Below are positions 1-12,729 of a DNA stretch of 64,000 bases, one piece after another (positions within the stretch are counted from its first letter, which is position 1; every line of letters starts with the position of its first letter). Below the pieces are notes generated by a model. The model had not been told where the DNA came from and ran no database searches. It was given only the letters and a program-made list of their open reading frames with translations. Source of the stretch: Synechococcus sp. (lineage in GTDB: Bacteria > Cyanobacteriota > Cyanobacteriia > PCC-6307 > Cyanobiaceae); NCBI GenBank assembly GCA_047284725.1, contig JBJBEO010000001.1, positions 2,328,203 to 2,392,202 of the forward strand, given 5' to 3'. A program made the position numbers and the translations under genes.

Positions 1-2252
1 AATTCCTGATTGGTCCGCAGCTGAACAACAACCTGCTCAACCTCGGCATTCAGAAGGAGGCGGAACAGGCCGTCCGCCGCTTTGGCGTGGAGTCATTGCA
101 ACAGATTCTCGACGTGGAAGAGGAGCCCGGTCTGGGCAACGGTGGCCTGGGCCGCCTGGCTGCTTGCTACATGGAATCCCTCGCCAGCCTCGAGGTACCG
201 GCCACCGGGTACGGCATCCGCTATGAGTTCGGCATCTTCGACCAGCTGATTCGCGATGGCTGGCAGGTGGAGGTCACCGACAAGTGGCTGAAGGGTGGCT
301 GGCCTTGGGAACTGCCCCAGCCTGACGAGGCCTGTTTCGTGGGCTTCGGTGGCCGCACCGAGAGCTATCTCGACGACAAGGGGAACTACCGGTCCCGCTG
401 GATTCCTGGTGAGCATGCCATCGGGGTGCCCCACGACGTCCCGGTCCTGGGCTATCGGGTGAACACCTGCGATCGACTGCGCTTGTGGCGGGCGGATGCC
501 ACCGAAAGCTTCGACTTCTATGCCTTCAACATCGGCGACTACTACGGCGCTGTGGAGGAGAAGGTGGGCAGCGAAACCCTCTCCAAGGTGCTTTATCCAA
601 ACGATGGCACCGATGAAGGTCGCCGCCTGCGCCTGAAGCAGCAGCACTTCTTTGTGAGCTGCTCTCTGCAGGACATGCTGCGCAGCCTTGACCATCGCGG
701 CCTGCCGGTGGAGCGATTCGCCGACTTCTGGACGGTTCAGCTCAACGACACCCACCCCGCCATTGCCGTGGCGGAACTGATGCGCCTGCTGCTGGACGAC
801 CGTCACCTCGCCTGGGAGACCGCCTGGAAGATCACCACCCAATCGGTGGCCTACACCAACCACACCCTGCTGCCGGAAGCCCTGGAGAAGTGGGACCTGC
901 ATCTCTTTGCCAACCTGCTGCCCCGCCACCTGGAGCTGATCTATGAGATCAACCGCCGTTTCCTGCAGCAGGTACGCCTGCGCTTCCCTGGCAACGACGT
1001 GATCCTTCGCAAGCTCTCGATCATCGATGAAGAGGGCAACAAAGCCGTGCGCATGGCCCATCTGGCCACCATCGGCGCCCACCATGTGAATGGTGTGGCG
1101 GCACTGCACTCCGACCTCGTGCGCACCCAGCTGCTGCCTGAATTCGCGGCCCTCTGGCCGGAGAAGTTCACCAACGTCACCAATGGCGTCACCCCCCGCC
1201 GCTGGGTGGCCCTGGCCAACCCCGAACTCTCAACCCTGCTCGACGAGCGGGTGGGGAACGAATGGATCTCCAACATGGAGAACCTCAAGAGGCTGGAGGC
1301 CTTTCAGCACGACAACGGCTTCCTAGAGCAATGGGGCAACACCAAACTCACGGTGAAGCGAAAGCTCGCCAACTACATCCATCGCCACACCAATGTGCTG
1401 GTGGATCCGGCCAGCCTCTTTGACGTGCAGGTGAAGCGAATCCATGAATACAAGCGCCAGCACTTGAATGCCCTGCAGATCGTCACGCAATACCTGCGCA
1501 TCAAGAACGGCCTTGATGCCGGCATGGCGCCGCGCACGGTGATCTTCGGCGGCAAGGCAGCGCCCGGCTATTACATGGCCAAGCTGATCATCCGCTTCAT
1601 CAACGGCATCGCCGAAACGGTGAATGCCGACCCCGACATGGACGGCCGCCTGCGGGTGGTGTTCCTGCCCAATTACACCGTGAAACTGGGCGAACAGGTG
1701 TATCCAGGCTCTGACCTCTCGGAGCAGATCTCCACCGCCGGCAAGGAAGCCTCCGGCACCGGCAACATGAAGTTCGCCATGAATGGCGCTCTCACCATCG
1801 GCACCCTGGATGGCGCCAATGTGGAAATCCGCGAGCGGGTGGGAGGAGACAACTTCTTCCTCTTCGGCAAAACCGTGGAAGAGATTGCTGCTCTGAAGCG
1901 CAGCGGTTACTGCCCCTGGGACGTGGTGCAGTCGACCCCGGAGCTGGCGGAAGCGGTGCACCTGATCGAATCAGGCCACTTCAGCAACGGCGATGTGGAT
2001 CTGTTCCGCCCCCTGCTCGACAACCTCACCGGCAGCGACCCCTTCTTTGTGATGGCCGATTTCGCCGACTATCTGCGGGCCCAGGATTCCGTCAGCCAGG
2101 CCTGGAGCGATCGCATCCGCTGGAACCGCATGTCGGTGCTGAATTCAGCCCGCAGCGGCTTCTTTTCCTCCGACCGATCGATCCAGGAATACTGCGATCA
2201 AATCTGGAAAGTGGATCCACTCAGGGTCGACATCACCTGTGCCGCCCGCTGA
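1..2252 (+). CDS. glgP: Glycogen/starch/alpha-glucan phosphorylase (5' end outside the window)
   Basis: Frame is open from position 3 (FLIGPQLNNNLLNLG). Motifs GLGNGGLGRLAAC, QLNDTHP, KRIHEYKRQ and PLP-lysine EASGTGNMK. Confidence 0.97.
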   Translation, partial: FLIGPQLNNNLLNLGIQKEAEQAVRRFGVESLQQILDVEEEPGLGNGGLGRLAACYMESLASLEVPATGYGIRYEFGIFDQLIRDGWQVEVTDKWLKGGWPWELPQPDEACFVGFGGRTESYLDDKGNYRSRWIPGEHAIGVPHDVPVLGYRVNTCDRLRLWRADATESFDFYAFNIGDYYGAVEEKVGSETLSKVLYPNDGTDEGRRLRLKQQHFFVSCSLQDMLRSLDHRGLPVERFADFWTVQLNDTHPAIAVAELMRLLLDDRHLAWETAWKITTQSVAYTNHTLLPEALEKWDLHLFANLLPRHLELIYEINRRFLQQVRLRFPGNDVILRKLSIIDEEGNKAVRMAHLATIGAHHVNGVAALHSDLVRTQLLPEFAALWPEKFTNVTNGVTPRRWVALANPELSTLLDERVGNEWISNMENLKRLEAFQHDNGFLEQWGNTKLTVKRKLANYIHRHTNVLVDPASLFDVQVKRIHEYKRQHLNALQIVTQYLRIKNGLDAGMAPRTVIFGGKAAPGYYMAKLIIRFINGIAETVNADPDMDGRLRVVFLPNYTVKLGEQVYPGSDLSEQISTAGKEASGTGNMKFAMNGALTIGTLDGANVEIRERVGGDNFFLFGKTVEEIAALKRSGYCPWDVVQSTPELAEAVHLIESGHFSNGDVDLFRPLLDNLTGSDPFFVMADFADYLRAQDSVSQAWSDRIRWNRMSVLNSARSGFFSSDRSIQEYCDQIWKVDPLRVDITCAAR

Positions 2253-2295
2253 GGCACCACGTCAGTGCCGTGTCTGTGCGTGAACGAACGCTGCC

Positions 2296-3348
2296 GTGAT
2301 CGACGATCTCACTCTGGTGATCAACCTCGGCAGCTCCAGCCTCAAGGCCGCCGTGATCGATGCAGACGGCAAGACGCTTTGGAGTCAAGGGCGGAGCCTG
2401 CCTCCAGGCGCTGCAATCGACCAGGCGTTGGAGCAATGGCTGATGACGGCGCTTCAACACCAACGCGCCGCAATCCGACGGGTCGGGCACCGGGTGGTGC
2501 ATGGCGGCGAAACCTTCACTGCACCCACACTGATCACAGCGGAGGTGGAACAACACCTGCAAGCCCTCACGCCGCTTGCTCCCTTGCACAATCCACCAGC
2601 CCTGCAAGGGATCGCATGGGTCCGTCAGTGGGCACCGGAGCTGCCGCAATGGGCATGCTTCGATACCGCCTTCCATAGCAGCCTGCCAGAGGCAGCCCGC
2701 ACGTATGCCCTCAGCGAAGCGCTGCGTGAGCAGGGGTTTCGCCGCTACGGGTTCCATGGCCTCAACCACCAACACGTGAGTGAAACGGTGCAGGAGCTCT
2801 GGCAATTCAAAGGCCATGATCCCGACCAACTGCGCTTGATCAGTGCCCATCTCGGCGCTGGTGCCTCGCTCGCCGCCATCAAAGGCGGCGTCTGCATCGA
2901 CACCACAATGGGCTACACCCCGTTAGAGGGGCTGGTGATGGCAAGCCGCAGTGGCAGTGTGGATCCTGGCGTGCTGCTGGCACTGATGCGCCAGGGCATG
3001 GATGCCAACAGCATCAGCGACCAGCTCCAACAACACAGTGGCCTGAAGGGGCTTTCCGGGCTTAGCGGTGATATGCGCGACATCCGACAGCAAGCCGAAG
3101 CTGGGCATCAAGGGGCTGGATTAGCCCTGGCCGTCTTCCGCCACCGCCTGCTGCAGCTGATCGGATCGATGGCCTCGAGCCTTGCAGGCGTGGACGTACT
3201 TGCTCTCACCGGAGGCATCGGCGAGCACGATCATGCACTGCACAACGAACTGGTGGCAGCGCTCTCGTGGCTGCCGGGACTGGAGATCACCGTGGTGCCT
3301 GCCGATGAAGAAACTATGATCGCCAGACTGTGCCAGCGCGGTCATTGA
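2296..3348 (+). CDS. ackA: Acetate/propionate kinase
   Basis: LVINLGSSSLK, GHRVVHGG, LAPLHN, FDTAFH, RRYGFHG, HLGAGAS, LTGGIGE motifs. Confidence 0.93.
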   Translation: MIDDLTLVINLGSSSLKAAVIDADGKTLWSQGRSLPPGAAIDQALEQWLMTALQHQRAAIRRVGHRVVHGGETFTAPTLITAEVEQHLQALTPLAPLHNPPALQGIAWVRQWAPELPQWACFDTAFHSSLPEAARTYALSEALREQGFRRYGFHGLNHQHVSETVQELWQFKGHDPDQLRLISAHLGAGASLAAIKGGVCIDTTMGYTPLEGLVMASRSGSVDPGVLLALMRQGMDANSISDQLQQHSGLKGLSGLSGDMRDIRQQAEAGHQGAGLALAVFRHRLLQLIGSMASSLAGVDVLALTGGIGEHDHALHNELVAALSWLPGLEITVVPADEETMIARLCQRGH

Positions 3349-3369
3349 AGCCAATCAGCTCATGAACGA

Positions 3370-3825
3370 TCAACCGCGATCTGGCAGATCGGGTGTTTGA
3401 TGCAGCAGTCGGTTCAGGCGCAAGCGATCGGCATTCAGAGGATCGGGGGCTAACTCACCGGCCAATTCACGGAATTTCTGCTCAATCGCTTCAGGCACCC
3501 GAACATCAAAAATGCGCTCCATCAAGGCTTCGATTGAGAAGAGATGGGCGTTGATGTTTTCAAGATCAGCCATGGCCTGATGCAATGCATCAACAGGCTC
3601 CTCAGTGGCGCCCACTGGGGTGGCATGGGCCTGAGCATCCGCCGAAGGAGCACCATGCTGCTTCTGCAGATCCTCAAGCACCCGGCCCGAAAGCGTGCGG
3701 AATGCCTGCAAGGCAGCCCAACTCAGCTCCTGCTGTTGGCGGAGGGTGGGACACTCGCGGATCAAGCGATCATGCTCGCGGTAAAACCGCTGGCAGTCAG
3801 GGCATTGACAGGGCTCTTCAGGCAC
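3370..3825 (-). CDS. Conserved hypothetical protein with N-terminal CxCxxC motif
   Basis: 151-aa ORF with host-like codon usage that fills the gap between genes. Confidence 0.7.
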   Translation of the reverse strand: MPEEPCQCPDCQRFYREHDRLIRECPTLRQQQELSWAALQAFRTLSGRVLEDLQKQHGAPSADAQAHATPVGATEEPVDALHQAMADLENINAHLFSIEALMERIFDVRVPEAIEQKFRELAGELAPDPLNADRLRLNRLLHQTPDLPDRG

Positions 3826-3863
3826 GTCACACCCTCAAGGTCAATGCCCATTATGACATCTGA

Positions 3864-4229
3864 TTAAGCAGCTAGAGGTGGTTCACCCGAAAAACCGCCC
3901 CCATCGGATGGGGGTTCGAGCGGCCCGTCACCGTCTTCGCCATCAGCAAGGCCTGCCATGCCGGGGAGAGGAATCTCAATCGATGACACCACTTGAATCA
4001 CATCCCGCAAACGCATCGAATCGGCGAACCAACCCATGGCCTGCTCGGTATCACCACGACGCTCAGCATCACTGGCCTGGTCTTCGTGGGCTTCGGCAAG
4101 CAGCGCCAGCCAGCAGAGACAACGGGCCTGCACCACCGAAAGATCCAGGTCAGCGGGCTGGGAGTCGGCAATGCGTTCACTCTCCTGCTGCACAAGGAGA
4201 CGAAGGCGCAGATCGTGAAGCTGGGTCAT
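3864..4229 (-). CDS. Conserved hypothetical protein
   Basis: 121-aa helical ORF with ATG start, co-oriented with the adjacent ORF. Confidence 0.7.
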   Translation of the reverse strand: MTQLHDLRLRLLVQQESERIADSQPADLDLSVVQARCLCWLALLAEAHEDQASDAERRGDTEQAMGWFADSMRLRDVIQVVSSIEIPLPGMAGLADGEDGDGPLEPPSDGGGFSGEPPLAA

Positions 4230-4324
4230 GGCACCGGATTCACTGTGACAACGCTAGCGACAGAGTGCTGACACGCCACCCCCCTAGATGTAGCGGCGAC
4301 TACGGGAACCGAAGTTGAACAGAA

Positions 4325-4398
<74 letters not shown>

Positions 4399-4420
4399 AT
4401 CGCAAGCCATTATGGGGTTT

Positions 4421-4812
4421 GAAAGCAGGCGAGGTGGTCGCGATCAGGGCATCGCTGCCTTCATGGCAGCGATGGGCCTGGTTGAGGAAAGTCCGGGCTC
4501 CCCGATGGCCAGGCTTGCTGGGTAACGCCCAGTGCGGGTGACCGTGAGGAGAGTGCCACAGAAACACACCGCCGATGGCCGGTTCACCGGCACAGGCAAG
4601 GGTGCAAAGGTGCGGTAAGAGCGCACCAGCAGCATCGAGAGGTGCTGGCTCGGTAAACCCCGGCTGGGAGCAAGGCCGAGGAACGACGGTTGGCCATCTA
4701 CCCCGTTCCACTCAAGTGCGCCGCTCGAGGTCGTCGGCAACGGCGATCCCAGATAGATGATCACCCCCCTTCTGCGGAAGGGAGAACAGAACCCGGCTTA
4801 CGTCCTGCTTTC
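4421..4812 (+). ncRNA. rnpB: RNase P RNA, type A
   Basis: Conserved GAGGAAAGTCCGGGCT, AGTGCCACAGAAA, GGTAAACCCC and ACAGAACCCGGCTTA segments. The 5' GAAAGCAGG pairs with the 3' CCTGCTTTC (P1). Confidence 0.97.
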
Positions 4813-4860
4813 ACCCTCATTCGCGCCCACGTCTTTTCGGGCTCCACCCAGCACTGATCT

Positions 4861-5610
4861 GTGCCCATCGATCCTGCTTCCACCTCCGCCCCGTCACGCA
4901 GCGATCAACTGCGCTGCTTCTGCCAGGCACTGGGCCTGAATACAGCCGAAAGCCCCGACCAGCCACGCACCCTGGCCCTCCTCGATGAAGCCCTCACCCA
5001 CACATCGGCGGGCCTGAGTCTCCATCACGAACGTCTGGAATTTCTCGGCGATGCGGTGCTGAGACTGGCAGCCAGTGAGTTCATCGAACAGCACTATCCC
5101 CAGCTCCCCGTTGGCGAACGATCTGCCCTGCGGGCTCAACTGGTGAGTGACCGTTGGCTGGCGCAGCTCGGCGAGCAGATCGGGATCGAGGCCATGTTGG
5201 TGATCGGAGCCAAAGCCAAGGGTGATGCCGCTGGTCAGGCAACGCTGCGGGCCGAAGCCAGCGAAGCCTTGATCGGCGCTCTTTACCAGAGCTGGAACTG
5301 TTTGACACCAGTGCACACCTGGCTCACCCCCCACTGGCAGCGCACCAGTGCAGCTGTGCTGGCCGACCCCCACAAAGGCAACGCCAAATCAGCACTGCAG
5401 GAATGGAGCCAGGCTCGACAGCTCGGCCTGCCGACTTATCGCAGCAAGGAAACCAGCCAACGCCATGGTGATCCGCGCCGTTTTCACTGCCGGGTGGAGC
5501 TGCAGGGCCAGCAGAGGGCGGAAGGCTGGGGTGGATCCCGCCGTGATGCGGAACAGAAGGCCGCTCAAGCGGCACTTCAGGAACTGGAAGGAGACGGCAT
5601 GCGAGGCTGA
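4861..5610 (+). CDS. rnc: Ribonuclease III
   Basis: ERLEFLGDAVL signature, EALIGA, C-terminal dsRBD (KSALQEWSQ...AEQKAA). Confidence 0.95.
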   Translation: MPIDPASTSAPSRSDQLRCFCQALGLNTAESPDQPRTLALLDEALTHTSAGLSLHHERLEFLGDAVLRLAASEFIEQHYPQLPVGERSALRAQLVSDRWLAQLGEQIGIEAMLVIGAKAKGDAAGQATLRAEASEALIGALYQSWNCLTPVHTWLTPHWQRTSAAVLADPHKGNAKSALQEWSQARQLGLPTYRSKETSQRHGDPRRFHCRVELQGQQRAEGWGGSRRDAEQKAAQAALQELEGDGMRG

Positions 5611-6422
5611 TCGGGCAGGGCTGTCCCGCAGCGGTCGCAGAACCGAGCCCGGCTGCGGTGGGTGGGCTGGCCACAGCCTGGGCACCGCAACGTCCGCAGC
5701 CCCCCCCTCACCCCGGCCCGACGCAACCCTTCCACAGTGACGATCCCCGTGGGAATGGCGATAATCCCGAAGCCCAGCAGCATCACCAGTGCCGCCAGGA
5801 TGCGGCCCAGCGCTGTCTGAGGAACAATGTCGCCGTAACCGACGGTTGTCATCGTGACAATCGCCCAGTAGACCCCTTGGGCCACGCTGCGAAACTGGCT
5901 TTCAGGATGGAAGCTCTCCACCACCACCATCACGTAGCCCAGCACCACCTGCAGGATCAGGACAAAAAGAACGAACACGGTGATGCGCCGAGCACTGGCC
6001 TTCAGGGCAGCCCCAAGGGCCCGTGCCTCATCGAGAAAACGCAGCAGCTTGAACACCCGCAAAATGCGGCCGAACTTAAAGATCCAGAGCAGCAGACCAC
6101 TGTCGAGCTGGGGCACCGCAAAAAACAGCACCGCCGCCAGATCGATCAGCCCGGTGAAGCTGCGGGCATAGGCCAGTGGCCGCGGACTGACAATCCAATG
6201 CAGGAGATAGTCCGCGGCGAACACCAACAACGCAACGCGATCAATCCAGTCAACCCAGACCGGCTGAACCAAGCCGGCAATGCCAGGAGCCGGCTCAAAC
6301 AGCAACGCCACAACGCTGAACAGGATGGCGCCGAAAACCACCAGGTTGTAAAGCCGACCTGCAGAGGTGTCGGACTCAAGCACCACCCGCGCCAGGCGAG
6401 CTCGGATGCCATGGACCCCCAT
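5577..6422 (-). CDS. Voltage-gated-type K+ channel / ion transporter with C-terminal zinc ribbon
   Basis: About 6 TM segments, S4-like RILRVFKLLR, selectivity filter TMTTVGYGD, CPGC...CDRC tail. Confidence 0.9.
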   Translation of the reverse strand: MGVHGIRARLARVVLESDTSAGRLYNLVVFGAILFSVVALLFEPAPGIAGLVQPVWVDWIDRVALLVFAADYLLHWIVSPRPLAYARSFTGLIDLAAVLFFAVPQLDSGLLLWIFKFGRILRVFKLLRFLDEARALGAALKASARRITVFVLFVLILQVVLGYVMVVVESFHPESQFRSVAQGVYWAIVTMTTVGYGDIVPQTALGRILAALVMLLGFGIIAIPTGIVTVEGLRRAGVRGGLRTLRCPGCGQPTHRSRARFCDRCGTALPDQPRMPSPSSS

Positions 6423-6435
6423 CAGCCGCAAATGA

Positions 6436-6618
6436 TCAAGCGGGCTGTAGATCGCGCAGGCGCAGGGTGATCAGCTTGTCCCAGTTGCCGCCTTCGAACA
6501 GCACCGCAGCCTTCTCGCCACTGATGCGTTGCACGAAGCCGGTGTAGCCGTTGTAAATGGATGTCGCGTCCACCACCTTCACCGTGGCACCGGGGAGAAT
6601 CGGAGCAGCGGCAGCCAT
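6436..6618 (-). CDS. ndhS: NDH-1 subunit S
   Basis: ILPGATVKV...SIYNGYTGFVQRI...AAVLFEGGNWDKLIT. Confidence 0.93.
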   Translation of the reverse strand: MAAAAPILPGATVKVVDATSIYNGYTGFVQRISGEKAAVLFEGGNWDKLITLRLRDLQPA

Positions 6619-6688
6619 GGCAGAGGGGCAATCGTTCACCCAGTATCGCGTGGCGGCATGATCAACAGACGTCTGCCTTGTTGCAACC

Positions 6689-7252
6689 ATGGCCGGCATC
6701 GGCACGGTTTCCTCATCGTCGTCTGATTCCACCGACGACTGGTTGCCAGTGGGCAAGGTGGTGGGCGTTCAGGGCCTGAAGGGCGAGCTGCGCATCAACC
6801 CCGCCAGTGAATTCCCGGAGCGGTTCACCGAACCCGGGAGCCGCTGGCTCAAAGCACGAGATTCGGCCCCCAAGGAGGTGGACCTGAAAAGCGGCCGTCA
6901 GCTCCCGGGGAAAAACGTGTTTGTGGTGCGCTTGGCGGGGATCGACAATCGCGAAGCAGCTGAAGCCTTGATCGGCCAGACCTTGATGGTGCCGGCCGAC
7001 GACCGTCCCGAACTGGAAGAGGGGGAATTCCACCTGCTGGATCTCGTTGGCCTGGAAGCCCGATTAAGCCCGAAGGGCGACTTGATCGGCACGGTGAGTG
7101 ATCTGATCAGCGGCGGCAACGAGCTGCTTGAAATCAAAACTCCCGACGGCCGCACCTTGATGGTGCCGTTCGTGGAGGCGATCGTGCCGGAGGTGCATGT
7201 GAACGACGGCTGGATGCTGCTCACCCCGCCTCCGGGCCTGCTGGAGCTGTGA
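6689..7252 (+). CDS. rimM: Ribosome maturation factor RimM
   Basis: [27 protein letters not shown]-barrel [11 protein letters not shown]. Confidence 0.95.
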   Translation: MAGIGTVSSSSSDSTDDWLPVGKVVGVQGLKGELRINPASEFPERFTEPGSRWLKARDSAPKEVDLKSGRQLPGKNVFVVRLAGIDNREAAEALIGQTLMVPADDRPELEEGEFHLLDLVGLEARLSPKGDLIGTVSDLISGGNELLEIKTPDGRTLMVPFVEAIVPEVHVNDGWMLLTPPPGLLEL

Positions 7253-7316
7253 CCCACCAGGGCTGACAGGGCCTGCGCAGTGGGGCAGGATCAGCCCAAC
7301 CAGCGCCAAGGCTTCG

Positions 7317-8771
7317 GTGAGCACGCCCCTGATTCCAGTGATTCTCTGCGGCGGCACGGGCACCCGCCTCTGGCCCCTCTCCCGCGCCAGTTACCCCAAG
7401 CAGTACTGGGCTTTAGGCGGCAGTGGTGACGACACGCTGCTGCAACAGACCCAGCAGCGACTGGAGGGCCTGGAGGGCCTGGCGGATCCGCTGGTGATCT
7501 GCAACGACGATCACCGCTTCATCGTGGCTGAACAGATGCGCCAGATCGGCATCAAGCCGAGCGCCATTCTGCTGGAGCCCATGGGCCGCAATACCGCTCC
7601 GGCGGTGGCCATTGCGGCCCTCCAAGCCACCTCCTGTGGAGACGACCCGCTGCTGCTGGTGCTGGCCGCCGACCATGTGATCCGCGATGGCGCCCAGTTC
7701 CGAACCACGGTGGAGGCGGGCCGCGCCGCGGCTGAGGCCGGCCAATTGGTGACCTTTGGGATCGTGCCCACCACCCCGGAAACCGGCTACGGCTATATCG
7801 AAGCCACCGCGCCCCTCCAGGCCGGCACCCTCAGACCCACACCGATCGCCCGCTTTGTGGAAAAGCCGGATCGGGCCACAGCCGAAGGCTTCCTGGCCAC
7901 CGGTCGCTTCACCTGGAACAGCGGCATGTTCCTGTTCCGCGCCAGCGCCATGCTGGCGGAACTGGAACGGCTGGCACCGGAGGTGGTGAGTTGCTGCCGA
8001 GCAGCCCTGGAACAGGACGCTGCCGACCTCGACTTCCGTCGCCTCGACAAGAGCGCCTTTGGGCGCTGCCCCAACGTGGCCATCGACGTGGCCGTGATGG
8101 AGCAAACCCAGCTGGGCGCTGTGCTTCCCCTGGATGCCGGCTGGAGTGATGTGGGCAGCTGGAGTGCTCTCTGGGACACCTCCGACAAAGACAGTGACGG
8201 CAATGTGCTGCGCGGCAGAGTGATCAGCGAAGGCAGCAGCAATTGCTATCTACGCAGCGAACACCGACTGGTGGTGGGGTTGGGCATCGACAACCTGGTG
8301 GTGGTGGAGACCGACGACGCCGTGCTGATCGCCGATCGCGAACAGGCCCAGAAAGTCAAGCAAGTGGTGGCCCAACTCGAGGCTGATGGCAGCCCCGAAG
8401 GCAAAGCCCATCGCAAGATCTACAGGCCCTGGGGCCACTACACCGGTGTGATGGAAGGCAGCCGCTGGCAGGTGAAGCGCATCTCCGTCAAGCCAGGTGC
8501 AAGCCTTTCACTGCAGATGCACCATCACCGCGCTGAGCACTGGGTGGTGGTACGCGGTACCGCCCTGGTGGAAAGGGACAGCGAGGAGCAACTGGTGGGT
8601 GAAAACCAGAGCACCTATATCCCGATGGGCTGCCACCACCGCCTCAGCAATCCTGGTCGCATCCCCGTGGAGATGATCGAGGTGCAAAGCGGTGAGTACC
8701 TCGGCGAAGACGACATCGTGCGCTTTGACGATGTGTATGGGCGCAGTGATCAGCTCAGACAGGCCGCCTGA
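7317..8771 (+). CDS. manC: Mannose-1-phosphate guanylyltransferase / mannose-6-phosphate isomerase
   Basis: GGTGTRLWPLSR, EPMGRNTAPA, FVEKP, WSDVGSW and cupin RPWG/HHHRAEHW. Confidence 0.95.
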   Translation: MSTPLIPVILCGGTGTRLWPLSRASYPKQYWALGGSGDDTLLQQTQQRLEGLEGLADPLVICNDDHRFIVAEQMRQIGIKPSAILLEPMGRNTAPAVAIAALQATSCGDDPLLLVLAADHVIRDGAQFRTTVEAGRAAAEAGQLVTFGIVPTTPETGYGYIEATAPLQAGTLRPTPIARFVEKPDRATAEGFLATGRFTWNSGMFLFRASAMLAELERLAPEVVSCCRAALEQDAADLDFRRLDKSAFGRCPNVAIDVAVMEQTQLGAVLPLDAGWSDVGSWSALWDTSDKDSDGNVLRGRVISEGSSNCYLRSEHRLVVGLGIDNLVVVETDDAVLIADREQAQKVKQVVAQLEADGSPEGKAHRKIYRPWGHYTGVMEGSRWQVKRISVKPGASLSLQMHHHRAEHWVVVRGTALVERDSEEQLVGENQSTYIPMGCHHRLSNPGRIPVEMIEVQSGEYLGEDDIVRFDDVYGRSDQLRQAA

Positions 8772-8795
8772 AACGACAGATCGCTGGCAGGAGCG

Positions 8796-10682
<1,887 letters not shown>

Positions 10683-10684
10683 AT

Positions 10685-10710
10685 AAAAAAAGCCCGGCGC
10701 ATGCCGGGCT
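10685..10710 (-). terminator. Intrinsic terminator after psaC
   Basis: Minus-strand hairpin AGCCCGGC-ATGC-GCCGGGCT followed by a U-run. Confidence 0.8.
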
Positions 10711-10734
10711 GAGCTTATGGCTTAAACGTTGAAA

Positions 10735-11058
<324 letters not shown>

Positions 11059-11142
11059 TCACCGTTATTAACGACTGTCGCCCCTCAAGCGCGAGCGATT
11101 CCAGGTCAAGCCCGTAGGATGCGTCGTCCCGTCTTCACGGAT

Positions 11143-11385
11143 ATGTCCCAGGAAGCGATCCTCGAAAAAGTCCGTTCGATCGTGGCGGAGCAGCTCAGCG
11201 TTGATGCCGGCGAGGTCAAGCCGGAGTCCAACTTCCAGAACGATCTGGGTGCTGACTCGCTCGACACTGTTGAACTGGTGATGGCCCTGGAAGAGGCCTT
11301 CGACATCGAAATCCCCGATGAGGCCGCTGAAGGCATCACCACCGTGGGTGACGCCGTCAAGTACATCGAAGACAAGCAGGCCTGA
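11143..11385 (+). CDS. acpP: Acyl carrier protein
   Basis: [18 protein letters not shown] phosphopantetheine motif. Confidence 0.98.
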   Translation: MSQEAILEKVRSIVAEQLSVDAGEVKPESNFQNDLGADSLDTVELVMALEEAFDIEIPDEAAEGITTVGDAVKYIEDKQA

Positions 11386-11393
11386 GGATCGGC

Positions 11394-12641
11394 ATGGTGG
11401 AGGGTCTTCAACGCGTCGTGGTCACCGGCCTCGGCGCGGTGACACCAATAGGAAATACCGTTTCGGACTACTGGGACGGTCTCAGCACAGGCCGTAACGG
11501 CGTGGCAGGAATCACCCTGTTCGACGCCTCAGCCCATGCCTGTCGCTTTGCTGCAGAGGTCAAGGACTTTGACCCCACTGGCTTCTTGGAGGCCAAGGAA
11601 GCAAAACGCTGGGATCGTTTCTGCAAGTTCGGCGTGGTCGCTGCCAAACAGGCTGTGGCCGATGCCAGGCTCGAGATCAATGAGGCCAACGCTGATCGCA
11701 TCGGCGTGAGCATCGGATCGGGTGTTGGCGGCCTGCTCACCATGGAGACCCAAGCCCACGTTCTGGAAGGCAAGGGCCCTGGTCGCGTGAGCCCGTTCAC
11801 GGTGCCGATGATGATCCCCAACATGGCCACAGGCCTGGCGGCGATCGCCCTCGGCGCCAAAGGTCCGAGTTCCGCCGTGGCCACCGCCTGCGCCGCAGGC
11901 TCCAATGCCATTGGTGATGCCTTCAGGCTGCTTCAACTCGGCAAAGCCGATGTGATGGTGTGCGGTGGGGCTGAATCCGCCATCACTCCACTCGGCGTGG
12001 CAGGTTTCGCGAGTGCCAAGGCCCTGTCGTTCAGGAACGACGATCCCGCCACAGCAAGCCGTCCCTTCGATAAGGAACGGGATGGATTCGTGATCGGCGA
12101 AGGCGCCGGGGTGCTCGTGCTCGAGACCCTGTCCCACGCGGAATCCCGTGGAGCAACGATCCTGGCTGAAGTGGTCGGTTACGGCACCACCTGCGACGCC
12201 CACCACATCACCGCTCCCACACCAGGGGGCGTGGGCGGCGCCGCTGCCATCCGGCTCGCCCTCGAGGACGGCCAGATCAGTGCCGACAGCGTCGACTATG
12301 TCAACGCCCACGGCACCAGCACGCCCGCCAACGACAAGAACGAAACCTCTGCCATCAAGAGCGCTCTGGGCACCAGGGCCTTGGAGATTGCGGTAAGTTC
12401 CACCAAGTCGATGACCGGTCACCTGCTGGGCGGCTCCGGCGGCATTGAAGCCGTGGCCTGTGTTCTGGCCTTGCAGAACGGCGTGGTCCCCCCCACCATC
12501 AACCACAGCAATCCCGATCCTGACTGTGATCTGGATGTCGTGCCCAATCAGGCCCGTGAGCTGAAAGTGGGCACCGTGCTCTCCAACTCCTTCGGCTTCG
12601 GCGGCCACAACGTCTGCCTCGCCTTCCGTCGCATGGCCTGA
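11394..12641 (+). CDS. fabF: Beta-ketoacyl-ACP synthase II
   Basis: RVVVTGLG, TACAAG, NAHGTST, KSMTGHLLG, SNSFGFGGHN. Confidence 0.97.
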   Translation: MVEGLQRVVVTGLGAVTPIGNTVSDYWDGLSTGRNGVAGITLFDASAHACRFAAEVKDFDPTGFLEAKEAKRWDRFCKFGVVAAKQAVADARLEINEANADRIGVSIGSGVGGLLTMETQAHVLEGKGPGRVSPFTVPMMIPNMATGLAAIALGAKGPSSAVATACAAGSNAIGDAFRLLQLGKADVMVCGGAESAITPLGVAGFASAKALSFRNDDPATASRPFDKERDGFVIGEGAGVLVLETLSHAESRGATILAEVVGYGTTCDAHHITAPTPGGVGGAAAIRLALEDGQISADSVDYVNAHGTSTPANDKNETSAIKSALGTRALEIAVSSTKSMTGHLLGGSGGIEAVACVLALQNGVVPPTINHSNPDPDCDLDVVPNQARELKVGTVLSNSFGFGGHNVCLAFRRMA

Positions 12642-12729
12642 ACCGGCAGCAGTCAGCGTGCCTTCCATGGCCGCTGACCTCGTTGTTTCAGACTGTCGAC
12701 ACTCTTAACTGTTTTTACCCCCCAACGCC